From a virus (taxonomy: Duplodnaviria; Caudoviricetes): a DNA stretch of 54,179 nt. Under the pieces are notes generated by a model. That model did no database searches. It was not told where the DNA came from and saw only the letters and a program-made list of their open reading frames with translations. The stretch covers positions 1 through 54,179 of IMG/VR virus record IMGVR_UViG_3300037311_000274; one strand, written 5' to 3'. The translations under genes and the position numbers were made by a program. How positions within the stretch are numbered: position 1 is the first letter of the stretch; each line of letters starts with the position of its first letter. Shown here one piece after another: positions 29,729 to 39,216 of this stretch.

Positions 29729-30050
29729 TGATGATTTGGTCACGGTCAATATTTGGCAGATTTTTACAGGGTTGTTTGCGACATTCGCCGCGGGGGGCGT
29801 AATTGGGATTGCCGGGGCGGGTTTGGTAGCAACGCGACTCAGAGATGATGCAGCAACTATGACAGCGATTGAGGGCGCAACTAAAAATGTGCCGCCCGAA
29901 ATTGCGAAACTGTTGATTGATTTGGCAAAATCAGGGCAGGCGGTGGGGGATTTGCTCATTGAAGCATTGGATGGTGTACCTTCAACCAGCAAACCTACGC
30001 GCACTATTGTTCCGCCGCCGATTTCGTACCCTGTGCCGGGCAGCGAATAA
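29613..30050 (+). CDS. signal-peptide plus TM protein (lysis region)
   Basis: MKKLLMCLLLLLVLSLLMSVPMLA-QE signal peptide and a second hydrophobic helix; overlaps the previous ORF by 116 nt. Confidence 0.7.
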   Translation: MKKLLMCLLLLLVLSLLMSVPMLAQEPPETAVLPLQTIDDDLVTVNIWQIFTGLFATFAAGGVIGIAGAGLVATRLRDDAATMTAIEGATKNVPPEIAKLLIDLAKSGQAVGDLLIEALDGVPSTSKPTRTIVPPPISYPVPGSE

Positions 30051-30051
30051 T

Positions 30052-30693
30052 TTGCGCTGGATTGTTCTCCTATTTTTAACCCTCATGAGCGCGGCGGTTC
30101 GAGCCGAGCCGCCGCTGCCACCACTCCCCGGCATTTCACCGCCGCGGTATCCAAACACATTGGATTTTCCTGTGGATCCGTGGCGGTTAGAGACGGCACG
30201 ACTGTTTGATGATTTGCGGCAAGCCGAACAGTACCATCAGGCAAGGCAGCGTCCCAATATGCTACTGATGACCGTGCGCGAGCAGGAACGATTTATCCGC
30301 GATTTCGGTGCGGCATGGGTGCAGGTGCAGGAATCATACGTGCCGCACTGTGCCGGATTTTTCATGGCGCTGTACACGAGCAACCGCTGGCAGCCGGAGT
30401 ACCCGTTTGGCATTTATGTGATTCCATACGGGAACACGGATTGCCAAGGAGACCGATTTACTGGCATAGACAACTGGGCGGACTATAACCGCCTGTATGC
30501 CGTGATGTATGAGGAAGTGATTTGGTATCGGTCAGCGGCGGAGATGGTGGCGTTTTTGAAAAATGACCGCTACTGGCGAACCACGCACTATTATTATTTC
30601 AGCGAGTGGCAAGCCTTTCGAGCAGCGGCAGTTGCCCGGTTACAGGGGGTGACGGCGGGGGCGCAAATGGTGGGCGGGGAATGGGAGCGTTAG
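30052..30693 (+). CDS. secreted hypothetical protein, last late gene
   Basis: Probable TTG start giving signal peptide MRWIVLLFLTLMSAAVRA-EPP; aromatic-rich globular domain; start uncertain. Confidence 0.55.
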   Translation: MRWIVLLFLTLMSAAVRAEPPLPPLPGISPPRYPNTLDFPVDPWRLETARLFDDLRQAEQYHQARQRPNMLLMTVREQERFIRDFGAAWVQVQESYVPHCAGFFMALYTSNRWQPEYPFGIYVIPYGNTDCQGDRFTGIDNWADYNRLYAVMYEEVIWYRSAAEMVAFLKNDRYWRTTHYYYFSEWQAFRAAAVARLQGVTAGAQMVGGEWER

Positions 30694-30696
30694 CTA

Positions 30697-30803
30697 CGTC
30701 TCATCGTCTTCGTCCCAATGGCTTTCGTACCATGACGCGCCACACGCCCAGCAGTTGACGTGGGAATACCATGGCTCACGACAAAAAGATTTGTCTAAAT
30801 CGC
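30697..30803 (-). pseudogene. orphan diverged copy of the 3' half of gene 31273-31464
   Basis: 30701-30750 is identical to 31283-31332; the next 43 nt have 20 mismatches; reads DLDKSFCREPWYSHVNCWACGASWYESHWDEDDET*. Confidence 0.8.
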
Positions 30804-31286
30804 TCAATTCAAGCGCGACCTGAACACTGCCAGCGCCGCATCTTCTAAGCGGGAGTGGTATGCCATGTGCGCTTGATTTTTCCAGTAGCCGCCTTTTTCT
30901 TTAGAGACAGACCGATTGTAGGTTTGCCGCGCACGGTCTACTATGATTTCAATCGGCATGGGCATTACATCGTCTTGTCTTTCATAGATTGGGGGGTTCA
31001 AATGAACCCTAACTGTGCGTGGTGTCGTAAATACAAACACCCGCCTGCCAGACAAATTGGGTATCGTTCTTGCTGCTTCTGCCACTTGGATGCCTAGTGG
31101 AGTGATTTTGACAAAATCCCCGCGGATAACAACATATCCGTAAGTCGCTAGTTTTTTGATAGGACGGCGCTTATCAATGTACGACCAACCATCGCCCAAA
31201 ATGTCTGTGCCAAAATAAGCCCAATACAATCTTTTCAGTTCAATCAGTTGATTGGGTGTCAGTGGTTTGGGGTTATTCGTCTTCAT
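30804..31286 (-). CDS. hypothetical protein between the two repeat copies
   Basis: ATG overlaps the end of the upstream gene; IKKLATYGYV...ITPLG resembles a winged-helix end. Confidence 0.6.
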   Translation of the reverse strand: MKTNNPKPLTPNQLIELKRLYWAYFGTDILGDGWSYIDKRRPIKKLATYGYVVIRGDFVKITPLGIQVAEAARTIPNLSGRRVFVFTTPRTVRVHLNPPIYERQDDVMPMPIEIIVDRARQTYNRSVSKEKGGYWKNQAHMAYHSRLEDAALAVFRSRLN

Positions 31287-31464
31287 CGTCTTCGTCCCAA
31301 TGGCTTTCGTACCATGACGCGCCACACGCCCAACATTGGACATGATAAAAATGGGGTTCACGATATTCGGTCTTATCTAAATCGCCATGCCCGCAGTTGG
31401 GGCAGCAACCACAAGGCGATATTGCCCAAATTTCGTTATCATCGCGTTCATTTTGCGTTGCCAT
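31273..31464 (-). CDS. small Zn-ribbon protein
   Basis: CCPNCG...CWACG with acidic tail; RBS GGGAG. Confidence 0.7.
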   Translation of the reverse strand: MATQNERDDNEIWAISPCGCCPNCGHGDLDKTEYREPHFYHVQCWACGASWYESHWDEDDEDE

Positions 31465-31472
31465 AACACTCC

Positions 31473-31829
31473 CTACTCTCCACTACGCGGGTCAACACCC
31501 GTCATTGTTAGCCAGCAATCGGGGCAGATGTAAGCCAAATGGTTATCTGCCTGTATCGCAGTCCAGCCGGATTCCACGTCTGGATGAGACAGTTCTTGCC
31601 GAAGGCACACGCGGCAAGTCATCATTTCACCCAGAAACAGCGCGGGCATTTTGGGCAACTCTGGCAGTGCGGCTTGAGCGATTGACAAGGCTTCGGCGCG
31701 GGTATTGGCTACTCCTGTGGCAAGCAAGGCAAAGGTGTATTTATCCCGGATGCGGCAGGCAAATTGTTTGCCCACTTTGGAATAATGGATGGTGTAACTG
31801 TTCATGGGAAATTGGGATGTGGTTTTCAT
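31473..31829 (-). CDS. hypothetical protein with C-terminal Zn finger
   Basis: CRVC...ICPDC; coupled to the upstream gene. Confidence 0.65.
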   Translation of the reverse strand: MKTTSQFPMNSYTIHYSKVGKQFACRIRDKYTFALLATGVANTRAEALSIAQAALPELPKMPALFLGEMMTCRVCLRQELSHPDVESGWTAIQADNHLAYICPDCWLTMTGVDPRSGE

Positions 31830-32194
31830 TTGTGCGCTTCCATGAATATATCAAATACGATTTTGGCGTTAAAAATATCACCAACAGCAAGATACCGATG
31901 CTCTTGGTGTTCGATGTGGATTTCCTGCGGTTCATCGGCGTGCAGGACATACAAGGCTTCTTCTTCGTTATAATCGGACAAATCGGCGGCGGCCGAGACG
32001 AAGGGGACAAGCACTTCTAATATAGGCAGCATGTTTTTGTATTGCCGCCCCATGCCCAACCAAAAGCCAAAATTCATCGCCGCAAAGGCGATGATAACAG
32101 AGGCGAGAATTGGGATATATAAGAAGATTGAAATGATTAAAACCACAATCAACACATAAAACCAAGCGATAGTAAGTTCTCTGATTTTAGACAT
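31826..32194 (-). CDS. membrane protein
   Basis: Two N-terminal hydrophobic helices. Confidence 0.65.
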   Translation of the reverse strand: MSKIRELTIAWFYVLIVVLIISIFLYIPILASVIIAFAAMNFGFWLGMGRQYKNMLPILEVLVPFVSAAADLSDYNEEEALYVLHADEPQEIHIEHQEHRYLAVGDIFNAKIVFDIFMEAHK

Positions 32195-32196
32195 AT

Positions 32197-33273
32197 CTAT
32201 ACTCCAAAGAGCGATAACTGTTGGGCAGGAGGTTCTTTGTAAGCAGCAATAGCAATAGGCGTGTGCTGATAGGGGTCATATTTGGCAATGCGGCGGCGGG
32301 CAATGGCGGCATAATCGGGGTTGAGTTCGCACCCGACATAATTCATGCCGAGTTGGATAGCCGCCATGGCGGTTGTGCCAGCGCCCATGAACATATCGAG
32401 TACCACGCCATCCGGCGGGCAACTGGATAAGATGCATTGGCGCGGCAGTTGCAGCGGAAAGGTTGCATGATGCTTTTCGCTGGTATTGGCGGTGGACATA
32501 CGCCAAATATTCCGCTGATTGACCGCGGTTGGGACACTGCGGGCAGTGTCATGAGCGCGAGATTTGGCAAGGGATTGAGTCGCCTGACCGGGAACAGCAA
32601 CGTTTTTGTGCTGGTCACTGCGTCCGCGTTTGGCACGGGCAACACTAACCGGAGCAGGCGGCGATGACACAGCGGGCAAATTGTAAAAATATCTCTGTGA
32701 CTTTGTGAACATGAAAATATATTCGTGGGTGCGCGTAGGACGGTCTTTGACGGATTCGGGCAAGCCGTTGGTTTTATCCCAAATGACTTCGGTGCGAAGA
32801 ATCCAATTGTCAGCTTGTAACGCCAGTGCCAATCGCCAGGGGATGCCGATGAGCGTTTTTCGCGGGAATCCGACAATATCCCAACGAATTTGAGTGTGTT
32901 TGACTTGGCTATTTACATAGCAATAGCCATTTTTACCGCCGCCGCCCTTGCCGGAATGGGAGTAGGAATCTCCGATGTTAAGCCAGAATGTCCCGGTGTC
33001 TTTGAGGACACGGCGGGCAAGGCGAAAAATGTTGACCAAGTTATCCACATATTTTTGCACGTCCCCTTCCAGACCGATTTGCCCAGCGATGCCGTAATCG
33101 CGCTGGTTGAAATAGGGCGGGGATGTGACGATGCAATCTACTGAGTTGGATGGCAGACACAGCAGATAATTGGCAGCATCGGCAATGACCACCTGATTCA
33201 GCGGCAGACGTTGGGCGGGCAGGCGTTCAACCGGATATTCCGGCGCGCCGGAATGGGCGGGGATTAGGAGCAT
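32197..33273 (-). CDS. DNA amino-methyltransferase (N4C/N6A, beta class)
   Basis: VTSPPYF, WLNIGDSY, PESVKDR, HHATFP, LDMFMGAGTT. Confidence 0.93.
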   Translation of the reverse strand: MLLIPAHSGAPEYPVERLPAQRLPLNQVVIADAANYLLCLPSNSVDCIVTSPPYFNQRDYGIAGQIGLEGDVQKYVDNLVNIFRLARRVLKDTGTFWLNIGDSYSHSGKGGGGKNGYCYVNSQVKHTQIRWDIVGFPRKTLIGIPWRLALALQADNWILRTEVIWDKTNGLPESVKDRPTRTHEYIFMFTKSQRYFYNLPAVSSPPAPVSVARAKRGRSDQHKNVAVPGQATQSLAKSRAHDTARSVPTAVNQRNIWRMSTANTSEKHHATFPLQLPRQCILSSCPPDGVVLDMFMGAGTTAMAAIQLGMNYVGCELNPDYAAIARRRIAKYDPYQHTPIAIAAYKEPPAQQLSLFGV

Positions 33274-33509
33274 TTTATCTCCTCTATCCAATCGGGGGGA
33301 TTGGTATCGTCATAGGTGATGCGGCATGGTTGCAACCGATTAATAAAATCAGCGGCAGTGATGGTATCCAAACACAGTTTACCGGAGTTCCCACGGGTGG
33401 CTTCGGGCGAATAGCCATAGGCTGTGAACACTGTGATATGGGTGTGGACAGCATTTGTTTGGTCAATACGGACGCTGACAAATAGTTGACGTTCAATCGT
33501 GTTGGGCAT
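33264..33509 (-). CDS. hypothetical protein
   Basis: Fills the gap between DUF5131 and the MTase, coupled at both ends. Confidence 0.55.
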   Translation of the reverse strand: MPNTIERQLFVSVRIDQTNAVHTHITVFTAYGYSPEATRGNSGKLCLDTITAADFINRLQPCRITYDDTNPPDWIEEIKCS

Positions 33510-33510
33510 T

Positions 33511-34495
33511 TTATAAGTCCGGGAACATGGGTAACGGGGCGGGTTTGGTGATGTGCGGGCAATCCGCGACAAAATGCTGACGGACGAACTCGGTTGTCAC
33601 GCGCTCTATGCGGTAGCCCGCCTTCACCCACTGGGATAAATGTTTGGCTGTATGTTTGGCACGGTTTGGTTCATCCACGGTGGCACACACAAGGCAGCCA
33701 CAGGGTTTATAGGCGACATAGGCATAGCGTGTTTCTGCGGCGGGAGATTGCCCGCGATTGAAAAAGTCCGGGAAATCATCATGGGTGCGCCCGTCCAAAA
33801 TCCGGTCTTGCTCTGACCGGAAATGGGAGCCTTGTTTATACATGAACGGCACACCTGCGGCAGCACAGGTATCCCGAATGCTCCGAACCCAATTGGTGTC
33901 AAAATGGCGGCGGTCTTTGCCGGATTCGCCGCCGACGATGACCCATTTTAAAGCGTTATGCCATTTATTCCCTGCCCATTCTGGATACAGATAATGGGCA
34001 TAATCGAAAAGCGGTTCAAGCAGTGGTTCGGCACTCATGAAATGCCCTGCTGCTGGAATTTGCAGCAGATAATCAAGCCGCCATTGGTAATCTGCCGATT
34101 CGACGGATGTGCCAACCCAGAGGTTGGGCGGATACGCCAAGTGTGGAGAGAGTGCCAGCGCCCGTTCTGGACGCTTGGTGAGCAGCAAGAACACCTTATC
34201 GGGATGGGCAGCGGCGGTGTTGTGGATGCTGTGTATCCATGCCACCGGAACAGACTCATGATAGGTATCGCTCATGCTATTCACGAAGATGATAGACCCC
34301 GCCTTAAAGTTTTTCAGTTCGCCGTAGGCACTATGGCAAAGCTGCGGGGCATCGCTGAAGGATGCACCCGCGTTACGATGCATCCGTTTCGACAAGGCTT
34401 CAGCATAACAATTCTTGCAGCCCGGAGAAACTTTTGTGCAGTTCCATGTATAGGGATTCCACGTATGGGAAGCCCAGCGGATGTTTTTTAGACAT
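33511..34495 (-). CDS. phage Gp37/Gp68 (DUF5131) family protein, frameshifted at codon 4
   Basis: TWNPY..CTKVSPGCKNCYA, FVNSMSD, LLTKRPER, SAEPLL, WVIVGGESG. ATG 34495 (RBS GGGAGA) reaches the conserved frame only if the A6 run at 34484-34489 is read as A5. Confidence 0.85.
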
Positions 34496-34838
34496 TGGCT
34501 GTCTCCCGTTTTTTACCGGGCGTGTTGCCGACATAGCCACGCGGCGGCTGCCAATGGGATTGTAATTGTTGGCGATGGCGATGATGGCGGTACAACTCAT
34601 CCACATGATTTAGCAATGCAGCGTTCCAGCTATAGCCCGACCAGAGGCGGGTTTTCGCCAGCGGAATGCTGATGGCTTCTTTGGGCTGCGGCAGTAGTTC
34701 TTGGACAGGCAAATTGTTGACCAGCAGCACTTTACCGTCTATTTTGACCACTTCCAACATTATCGGCGTGATAATGACGCGCTGTTCGCCGATGGCAAGT
34801 TGATAGATTTTTTCTTTTGTTTCTACAATGATTCGCAT
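34488..34838 (-). CDS. hypothetical protein
   Basis: RBS AAAGGGG; ORF in operon. Confidence 0.55.
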   Translation of the reverse strand: MRIIVETKEKIYQLAIGEQRVIITPIMLEVVKIDGKVLLVNNLPVQELLPQPKEAISIPLAKTRLWSGYSWNAALLNHVDELYRHHRHRQQLQSHWQPPRGYVGNTPGKKRETANV

Positions 34839-34882
34839 GATTTTCCCCTTTCACGTATTTTTATTGTTGCCGGAAATCCGTG

Positions 34883-35731
34883 TTAGCGGATAAGGTTTTT
34901 AGTATCTGTAAAGCGAAAGCGAAATGGTTCAAACATATCGCGCCCGTCAAGACGGGTGCGGATGCGCTGGATATACTTTGGCTCTTTTTCGGTGAGCAAA
35001 AAGTAGCGATGCATGACCCACGCGGCTTCGCCCACGGTGCCGCTGCCTGCAAATGGGTCAAAAATCAAGTCATCCTGATAGGAATACAGTTGAATCACGC
35101 GGCGGCATAGTTCCAACGGGAATACGGCACTGTGAACAGAATCGGCTGATGGGGGTATGCGCCAAACATTGGATGTTTCATAATCGCCACAGACCTTGCT
35201 TTGATTCACAATGGCACTGGAATAATGGCGCATGTTCCAATCTAAGAGTTTATCGGTGTGTTTGCGATAGACCATGATATATTCAGTGACGGCATTGGGC
35301 TTGTACGCCAGTGGCTTACGGTGTTGTAAGAAACTGGCATTGCGATTTTTTACGCTGGCTTCGGGTTTGACCCAGATAATATCATCCACAAATTGCCAAC
35401 CGATGTTCACCAGCCGGGCATGTAAATCAAAGGGGATGGCAAACCGCTGACTGGCATGAGCGCGACTGGCACGCGGCATAATGACCGGAGAGGTATTGAC
35501 TACCAAAAACCGACCCTCTTTGGTGACACGGTGGACGCCGTGAAACACGGCGGTCAGAAAGTCCAAATATGCCGCATAGGTTGGGTATTGGGAATACTGC
35601 CGGGCGTTATAATACGGTGGCGATGTAAACGTGAGATGCACCGATTCATCTGGGATGTGGGGCAGCACATCCAGAACATCACTGTGTATCACAAGATTTT
35701 TGAGATTGTCGGGCGAGGCTGTGGGGTTCAT
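34883..35731 (-). CDS. DNA amino-methyltransferase (N4C/N6A, beta class)
   Basis: FTSPPYY, DDIIWVKP, HSAVFP, FDPFAGSGT. Confidence 0.93.
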   Translation of the reverse strand: MNPTASPDNLKNLVIHSDVLDVLPHIPDESVHLTFTSPPYYNARQYSQYPTYAAYLDFLTAVFHGVHRVTKEGRFLVVNTSPVIMPRASRAHASQRFAIPFDLHARLVNIGWQFVDDIIWVKPEASVKNRNASFLQHRKPLAYKPNAVTEYIMVYRKHTDKLLDWNMRHYSSAIVNQSKVCGDYETSNVWRIPPSADSVHSAVFPLELCRRVIQLYSYQDDLIFDPFAGSGTVGEAAWVMHRYFLLTEKEPKYIQRIRTRLDGRDMFEPFRFRFTDTKNLIR

Positions 35732-36051
35732 AGTAATTTACCCTCATTCAAATACGGCATAAAGAGGCTGATTGCCTCATCTGAGACATATCCGGTTACA
35801 TCATCACGCAGCCACCAAAAACACATTAAGGCTTGTTCGTGCAAGGTATATTCATAAACCAATGTTATATGCAACATGGTTGTATTGTTGTGAGGTGTGA
35901 TTTGCACCTGTGCTACTGCGGGATGGCTACGAATGATTTTTTGGCACATTTGCAATGGTAAACCGCCACGATGCACCAGCAATGTCCAACCCCCATATTG
36001 TGTTGGGCGTATCTCGACCAATACCAGCGCAGGGGGCGTATAACTAATCAT
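35728..36051 (-). CDS. hypothetical protein
   Basis: Coupled ORF in operon. Confidence 0.6.
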   Translation of the reverse strand: MISYTPPALVLVEIRPTQYGGWTLLVHRGGLPLQMCQKIIRSHPAVAQVQITPHNNTTMLHITLVYEYTLHEQALMCFWWLRDDVTGYVSDEAISLFMPYLNEGKLL

Positions 36052-36985
36052 CGCTTGCGCCTTTCACGTCATATTTTTTGGCGATGCTGCCCTGTTCGGG
36101 CTTGCCACGCAGGTGCGAGTTCCAGTAGAAATTGCCCGTGGCGCGGCGTTTGATGTGACCGCGAACAATGTGCTGACGGGGTGCAGCGTGCGTGCCGCCT
36201 TTATACGAGGCGGGAGTTTCGCTGAGATTGGTGCCGCGCAAAGTCAAAATCCGGTAGCTGGACATCGGGACTTTGTATTTCTTTTGGTGGGCGCGGCTGA
36301 GTTTATCCGGCGGGCGGATTTCTTCGGTTTTCACATTGACACAATTGAGCAAGGAAAGTGTCATGAGGAGTGAGGGTAGGACATTGGAGACTTGAATTAC
36401 ACCTGTGGTTTGAATTGTCAGCATTTTTAGGTGGATGCTGGTTAGTACATTGCCGGGCGACCACGCCACTTTTTCCAAGTCACTTAATAATGTGCCATTG
36501 GCGGCAATAGATAGGTTAGCTGCCCTATCTGCCGTGGCAATTATTAAACGCCCCGATATGGTGTTGACTATAATGGGGTTCACGCAAAGTAACCATTCTA
36601 CGCTTTGCGGGGGAACCGCATCATTGGCGGCGATGCTATCTATAAACAGATTGACATCTTCCACTGTTGTTACTTCAAATTGAGATTCCCCATTCACTTT
36701 GACGCCGTGATTACGGCGATAGGTGAGGCATAATGCCCCAAAATACGCGCCTTTGTGAAAGGCGCTGGCACATTCATACCAAAAGACAGGAGCAGGGGGA
36801 ATAATATTGGAAAAATCGCCTGCCGACCATTTAAATCCGTCTTTCACTTTGGGGTCTGTATCAATCTCGTAAGCCTGAGCATCGCCGATGAAAACAGGGG
36901 TTAATGCCGGATTCAAAATATTGCCATATTTATTTGTGCGTTTTTTGGCGATTTCCCGATTCAGTAAGTCAATTAGGCGTACCAT
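36044..36985 (-). CDS. conserved phage hypothetical protein
   Basis: C-terminal PRQHIVRGH...W..HLRG motif, familiar from phage proteins of unknown function. Confidence 0.7.
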   Translation of the reverse strand: MVRLIDLLNREIAKKRTNKYGNILNPALTPVFIGDAQAYEIDTDPKVKDGFKWSAGDFSNIIPPAPVFWYECASAFHKGAYFGALCLTYRRNHGVKVNGESQFEVTTVEDVNLFIDSIAANDAVPPQSVEWLLCVNPIIVNTISGRLIIATADRAANLSIAANGTLLSDLEKVAWSPGNVLTSIHLKMLTIQTTGVIQVSNVLPSLLMTLSLLNCVNVKTEEIRPPDKLSRAHQKKYKVPMSSYRILTLRGTNLSETPASYKGGTHAAPRQHIVRGHIKRRATGNFYWNSHLRGKPEQGSIAKKYDVKGASDD

Positions 36986-37248
36986 AATGGTTTATCCTCA
37001 TCATAATCTTCTGGGACGGCGCAAATGGTGGTATTGTGCGGGCAAAGCAATTCAAAGCAGCGCATGGCATGAAAATCCAATACCGTGACGCTGCACCAAT
37101 CGGCTTCGCGCCAGTAAGTGGCGATGATTTGCAGCAATGGTGCTGGGTGCTGGCGTGTGGCGGTGCCGAACATGAATAGCATATCGGGGTTCCATGCATC
37201 CAGCGGGATTTTGATGGCTGATTCGATAAATTTGCGTGAGGCGAACAT
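36973..37248 (-). CDS. hypothetical protein
   Basis: Starts right after the DnaC stop; RBS GGAGGG. Confidence 0.55.
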   Translation of the reverse strand: MFASRKFIESAIKIPLDAWNPDMLFMFGTATRQHPAPLLQIIATYWREADWCSVTVLDFHAMRCFELLCPHNTTICAVPEDYDEDKPLWYA

Positions 37249-38229
37249 CTACCCCTCCCCTGCTAAAAATTCGGCGGACTCATCCCGCATTCGCCCTTTC
37301 ACCTCAATCCAATGCGTCATTGCGACCAGTCTATCCGTGATGCGCCCTCCCCATGTTTTATACATGGCTTGCTGGCTTAGATTGGTGGTGATAATGGTTG
37401 GTTTCTTGCTTTGGTAGCGGGCATTGATAATGTCTTCCATGACATCCATACGCCCGGACGTATGGTTGTTCATGTCGAACTCATCTATGATGAGCAATGG
37501 AAACTCAGCGATTGCCCGGCGTATGCTGCTGCTGCTGTACTCGCTATCACTGCGATAGCCATCTAAAACAACCTCAAGCATCCGATAGAGGCGGGTCATG
37601 TAGACAGGGATGCCTTGTGCCGTCAGCATATTGTGGATAATACTGGCGACCCATGTTTTGCCAGTCCCCATCTCACCAAAAAAAACAATGCCGGGTTTGC
37701 ATATACCACGCGCTGTAATGCCGTGCGGAAAATTTCCCATATACAGGTTGACAATGTTGGTCAACCGGGCTTGCTGAGGATGGTTCAATAATGAGGTAAA
37801 ATCCGCATTGGCATAGGCGGATGAGTTGCCCAATTGTTGGCGCATTTCGGTGACAATACGCTGTACCCAAATGTCACGATTGCGCTGGACAGCAGCACAA
37901 TTCTCAGGGCAAGGATGCATTTTGCCGAATTGTGGGTCTTCAATTGGCAAATCGTAGCGGACATACCCGGTATCTTCGCAGGTGGTACAGTCCACATGGA
38001 CAACAGTTTCAGCAGAGACGCCACTTGCCAGCAATTCTTCACGTTTTTCTGCCAGTCGTTGCGCCAATGGGGTTTGCCCAATCCGATTCGGGATTGGATT
38101 GTTTTTGCGAAACTCGGCAAGCTGCTGTTCGCGCTCATTGATTTCGCGTCGAATCGCCTTTTGAACTTCAGTCGGCAACTGCGATAAGCGGGTGTTATCT
38201 TCCAGTATTTTTTGATGATTGTTAGCCAT
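37249..38229 (-). CDS. DnaC/IstB-like AAA+ helicase loader
   Basis: CTTCEDTGY...CPENC Zn motif, GEMGTGKT, LLIIDE, IITTNL. Confidence 0.9.
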   Translation of the reverse strand: MANNHQKILEDNTRLSQLPTEVQKAIRREINEREQQLAEFRKNNPIPNRIGQTPLAQRLAEKREELLASGVSAETVVHVDCTTCEDTGYVRYDLPIEDPQFGKMHPCPENCAAVQRNRDIWVQRIVTEMRQQLGNSSAYANADFTSLLNHPQQARLTNIVNLYMGNFPHGITARGICKPGIVFFGEMGTGKTWVASIIHNMLTAQGIPVYMTRLYRMLEVVLDGYRSDSEYSSSSIRRAIAEFPLLIIDEFDMNNHTSGRMDVMEDIINARYQSKKPTIITTNLSQQAMYKTWGGRITDRLVAMTHWIEVKGRMRDESAEFLAGEG

Positions 38230-39199
38230 GCTGCACCGCCATTGCTGCTGTTGCGTCTCGGATAAAATCATCCAGGGTGAATCCGGGCTTCGGCGTGGGT
38301 TTATCTGCTTTTATTTTTTCAGCAGCACGCGACAAACAGGTCTCGATGTATCGCCATGCATATACCTTGGTACCAATCTCTGCCAAATTCGCAAAGACTT
38401 CAAGCACCAATGGGCGACCATATTGCGCCTCATAGGTTTCGAGTTTGACATTAGCCTCTGGCAACAGAGGGTTCATGACTACCCTGAGATAATCCACAAT
38501 CTGTTTGCGTTCACGCCTTTCAAGTTGCTCAGGCGTGATTTCGCCAAAGGGATTATCATCATTAATGATTTCATTTGATTTAATGGCTTTTTCTTCTTTT
38601 AATGTGTCAACAGCCTTGACCGCTGGCGGTAAATCGGGTTGACCGCTAGTGGTTAATACAGTTGACCGATACTGATCAACAGCCTTGACCGCTGCTGGTA
38701 AATCGCCTTGACCGCTGCTGGTCAACACCGTTGACTGCTGCGACTGGTCAACAGCCTTGACCGGACGTTTGGCGCGGGCGGGTTTGATGTTTTCGCGGCG
38801 GGATGTTTTGGCGGTGGCACGACGCTGACGCAGGGCGGCTAAGGGCAAGTCTTCGGGCAAGGGCAAATAATAACGCTGCCCTGTCCGAGCCGGAGCCCCG
38901 ATTTTTTTGAGAATGCCCAACTGATGCAAATTTTCTAGGATGCTCACCAATGTGGGGCGAGACAGCCCGGTACGGTCTTGCCAAGTGGTGAGGCTGATGT
39001 TGGCTTGGCGCGACTCACGATGATTCTTTTGCCCCAAGATAAGGCGGACGGCAGACGATACCACCTTCCATTCATCGCCCGACAACAGGGGCATGATGTC
39101 ATCATACATGGCGTTGGGCGTGGGCGTGGTGTTCTTGAGCCACACCGGAAGGGGGTGTTGGGCAATTTCAGGCTTATTTGGTGTTGTTGAATATGTCAT
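38222..39199 (-). CDS. phage replication initiator (lambda O-like organisation)
   Basis: TPTPNAMYD N-terminus, wHTH (ISLTTWQDRTGLSRPTL), repeat-rich linker, YAWRYIETCL C-domain; lies upstream of the loader. Confidence 0.85.
   Translation of the reverse strand: MTYSTTPNKPEIAQHPLPVWLKNTTPTPNAMYDDIMPLLSGDEWKVVSSAVRLILGQKNHRESRQANISLTTWQDRTGLSRPTLVSILENLHQLGILKKIGAPARTGQRYYLPLPEDLPLAALRQRRATAKTSRRENIKPARAKRPVKAVDQSQQSTVLTSSGQGDLPAAVKAVDQYRSTVLTTSGQPDLPPAVKAVDTLKEEKAIKSNEIINDDNPFGEITPEQLERRERKQIVDYLRVVMNPLLPEANVKLETYEAQYGRPLVLEVFANLAEIGTKVYAWRYIETCLSRAAEKIKADKPTPKPGFTLDDFIRDATAAMAVQHG
38606..38765. repeat. iteron array (probable replication origin) inside the initiator gene
   Basis: TCAACAGCCTTGACCG at 38607, 38676 and 38748 plus several more TTGACC/TG half-sites; AT-rich stretch alongside at ~38560-38605. 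Confidence 0.75.
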
Positions 39200-39216
39200 G
39201 AAATTTCTCCAAATGC

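Noticed and set aside
30697-31385. Diversity-generating retroelement TR/VR pair
   Set aside because: The mismatches involve all four bases on both strands rather than adenines only, many are synonymous, and no reverse transcriptase motif is present in the window.
38606-38765. CRISPR mini-array
   Set aside because: The sequences between repeats are themselves similar to each other, the array is in frame inside the initiator gene, and no cas genes are present; iterons explain it better.
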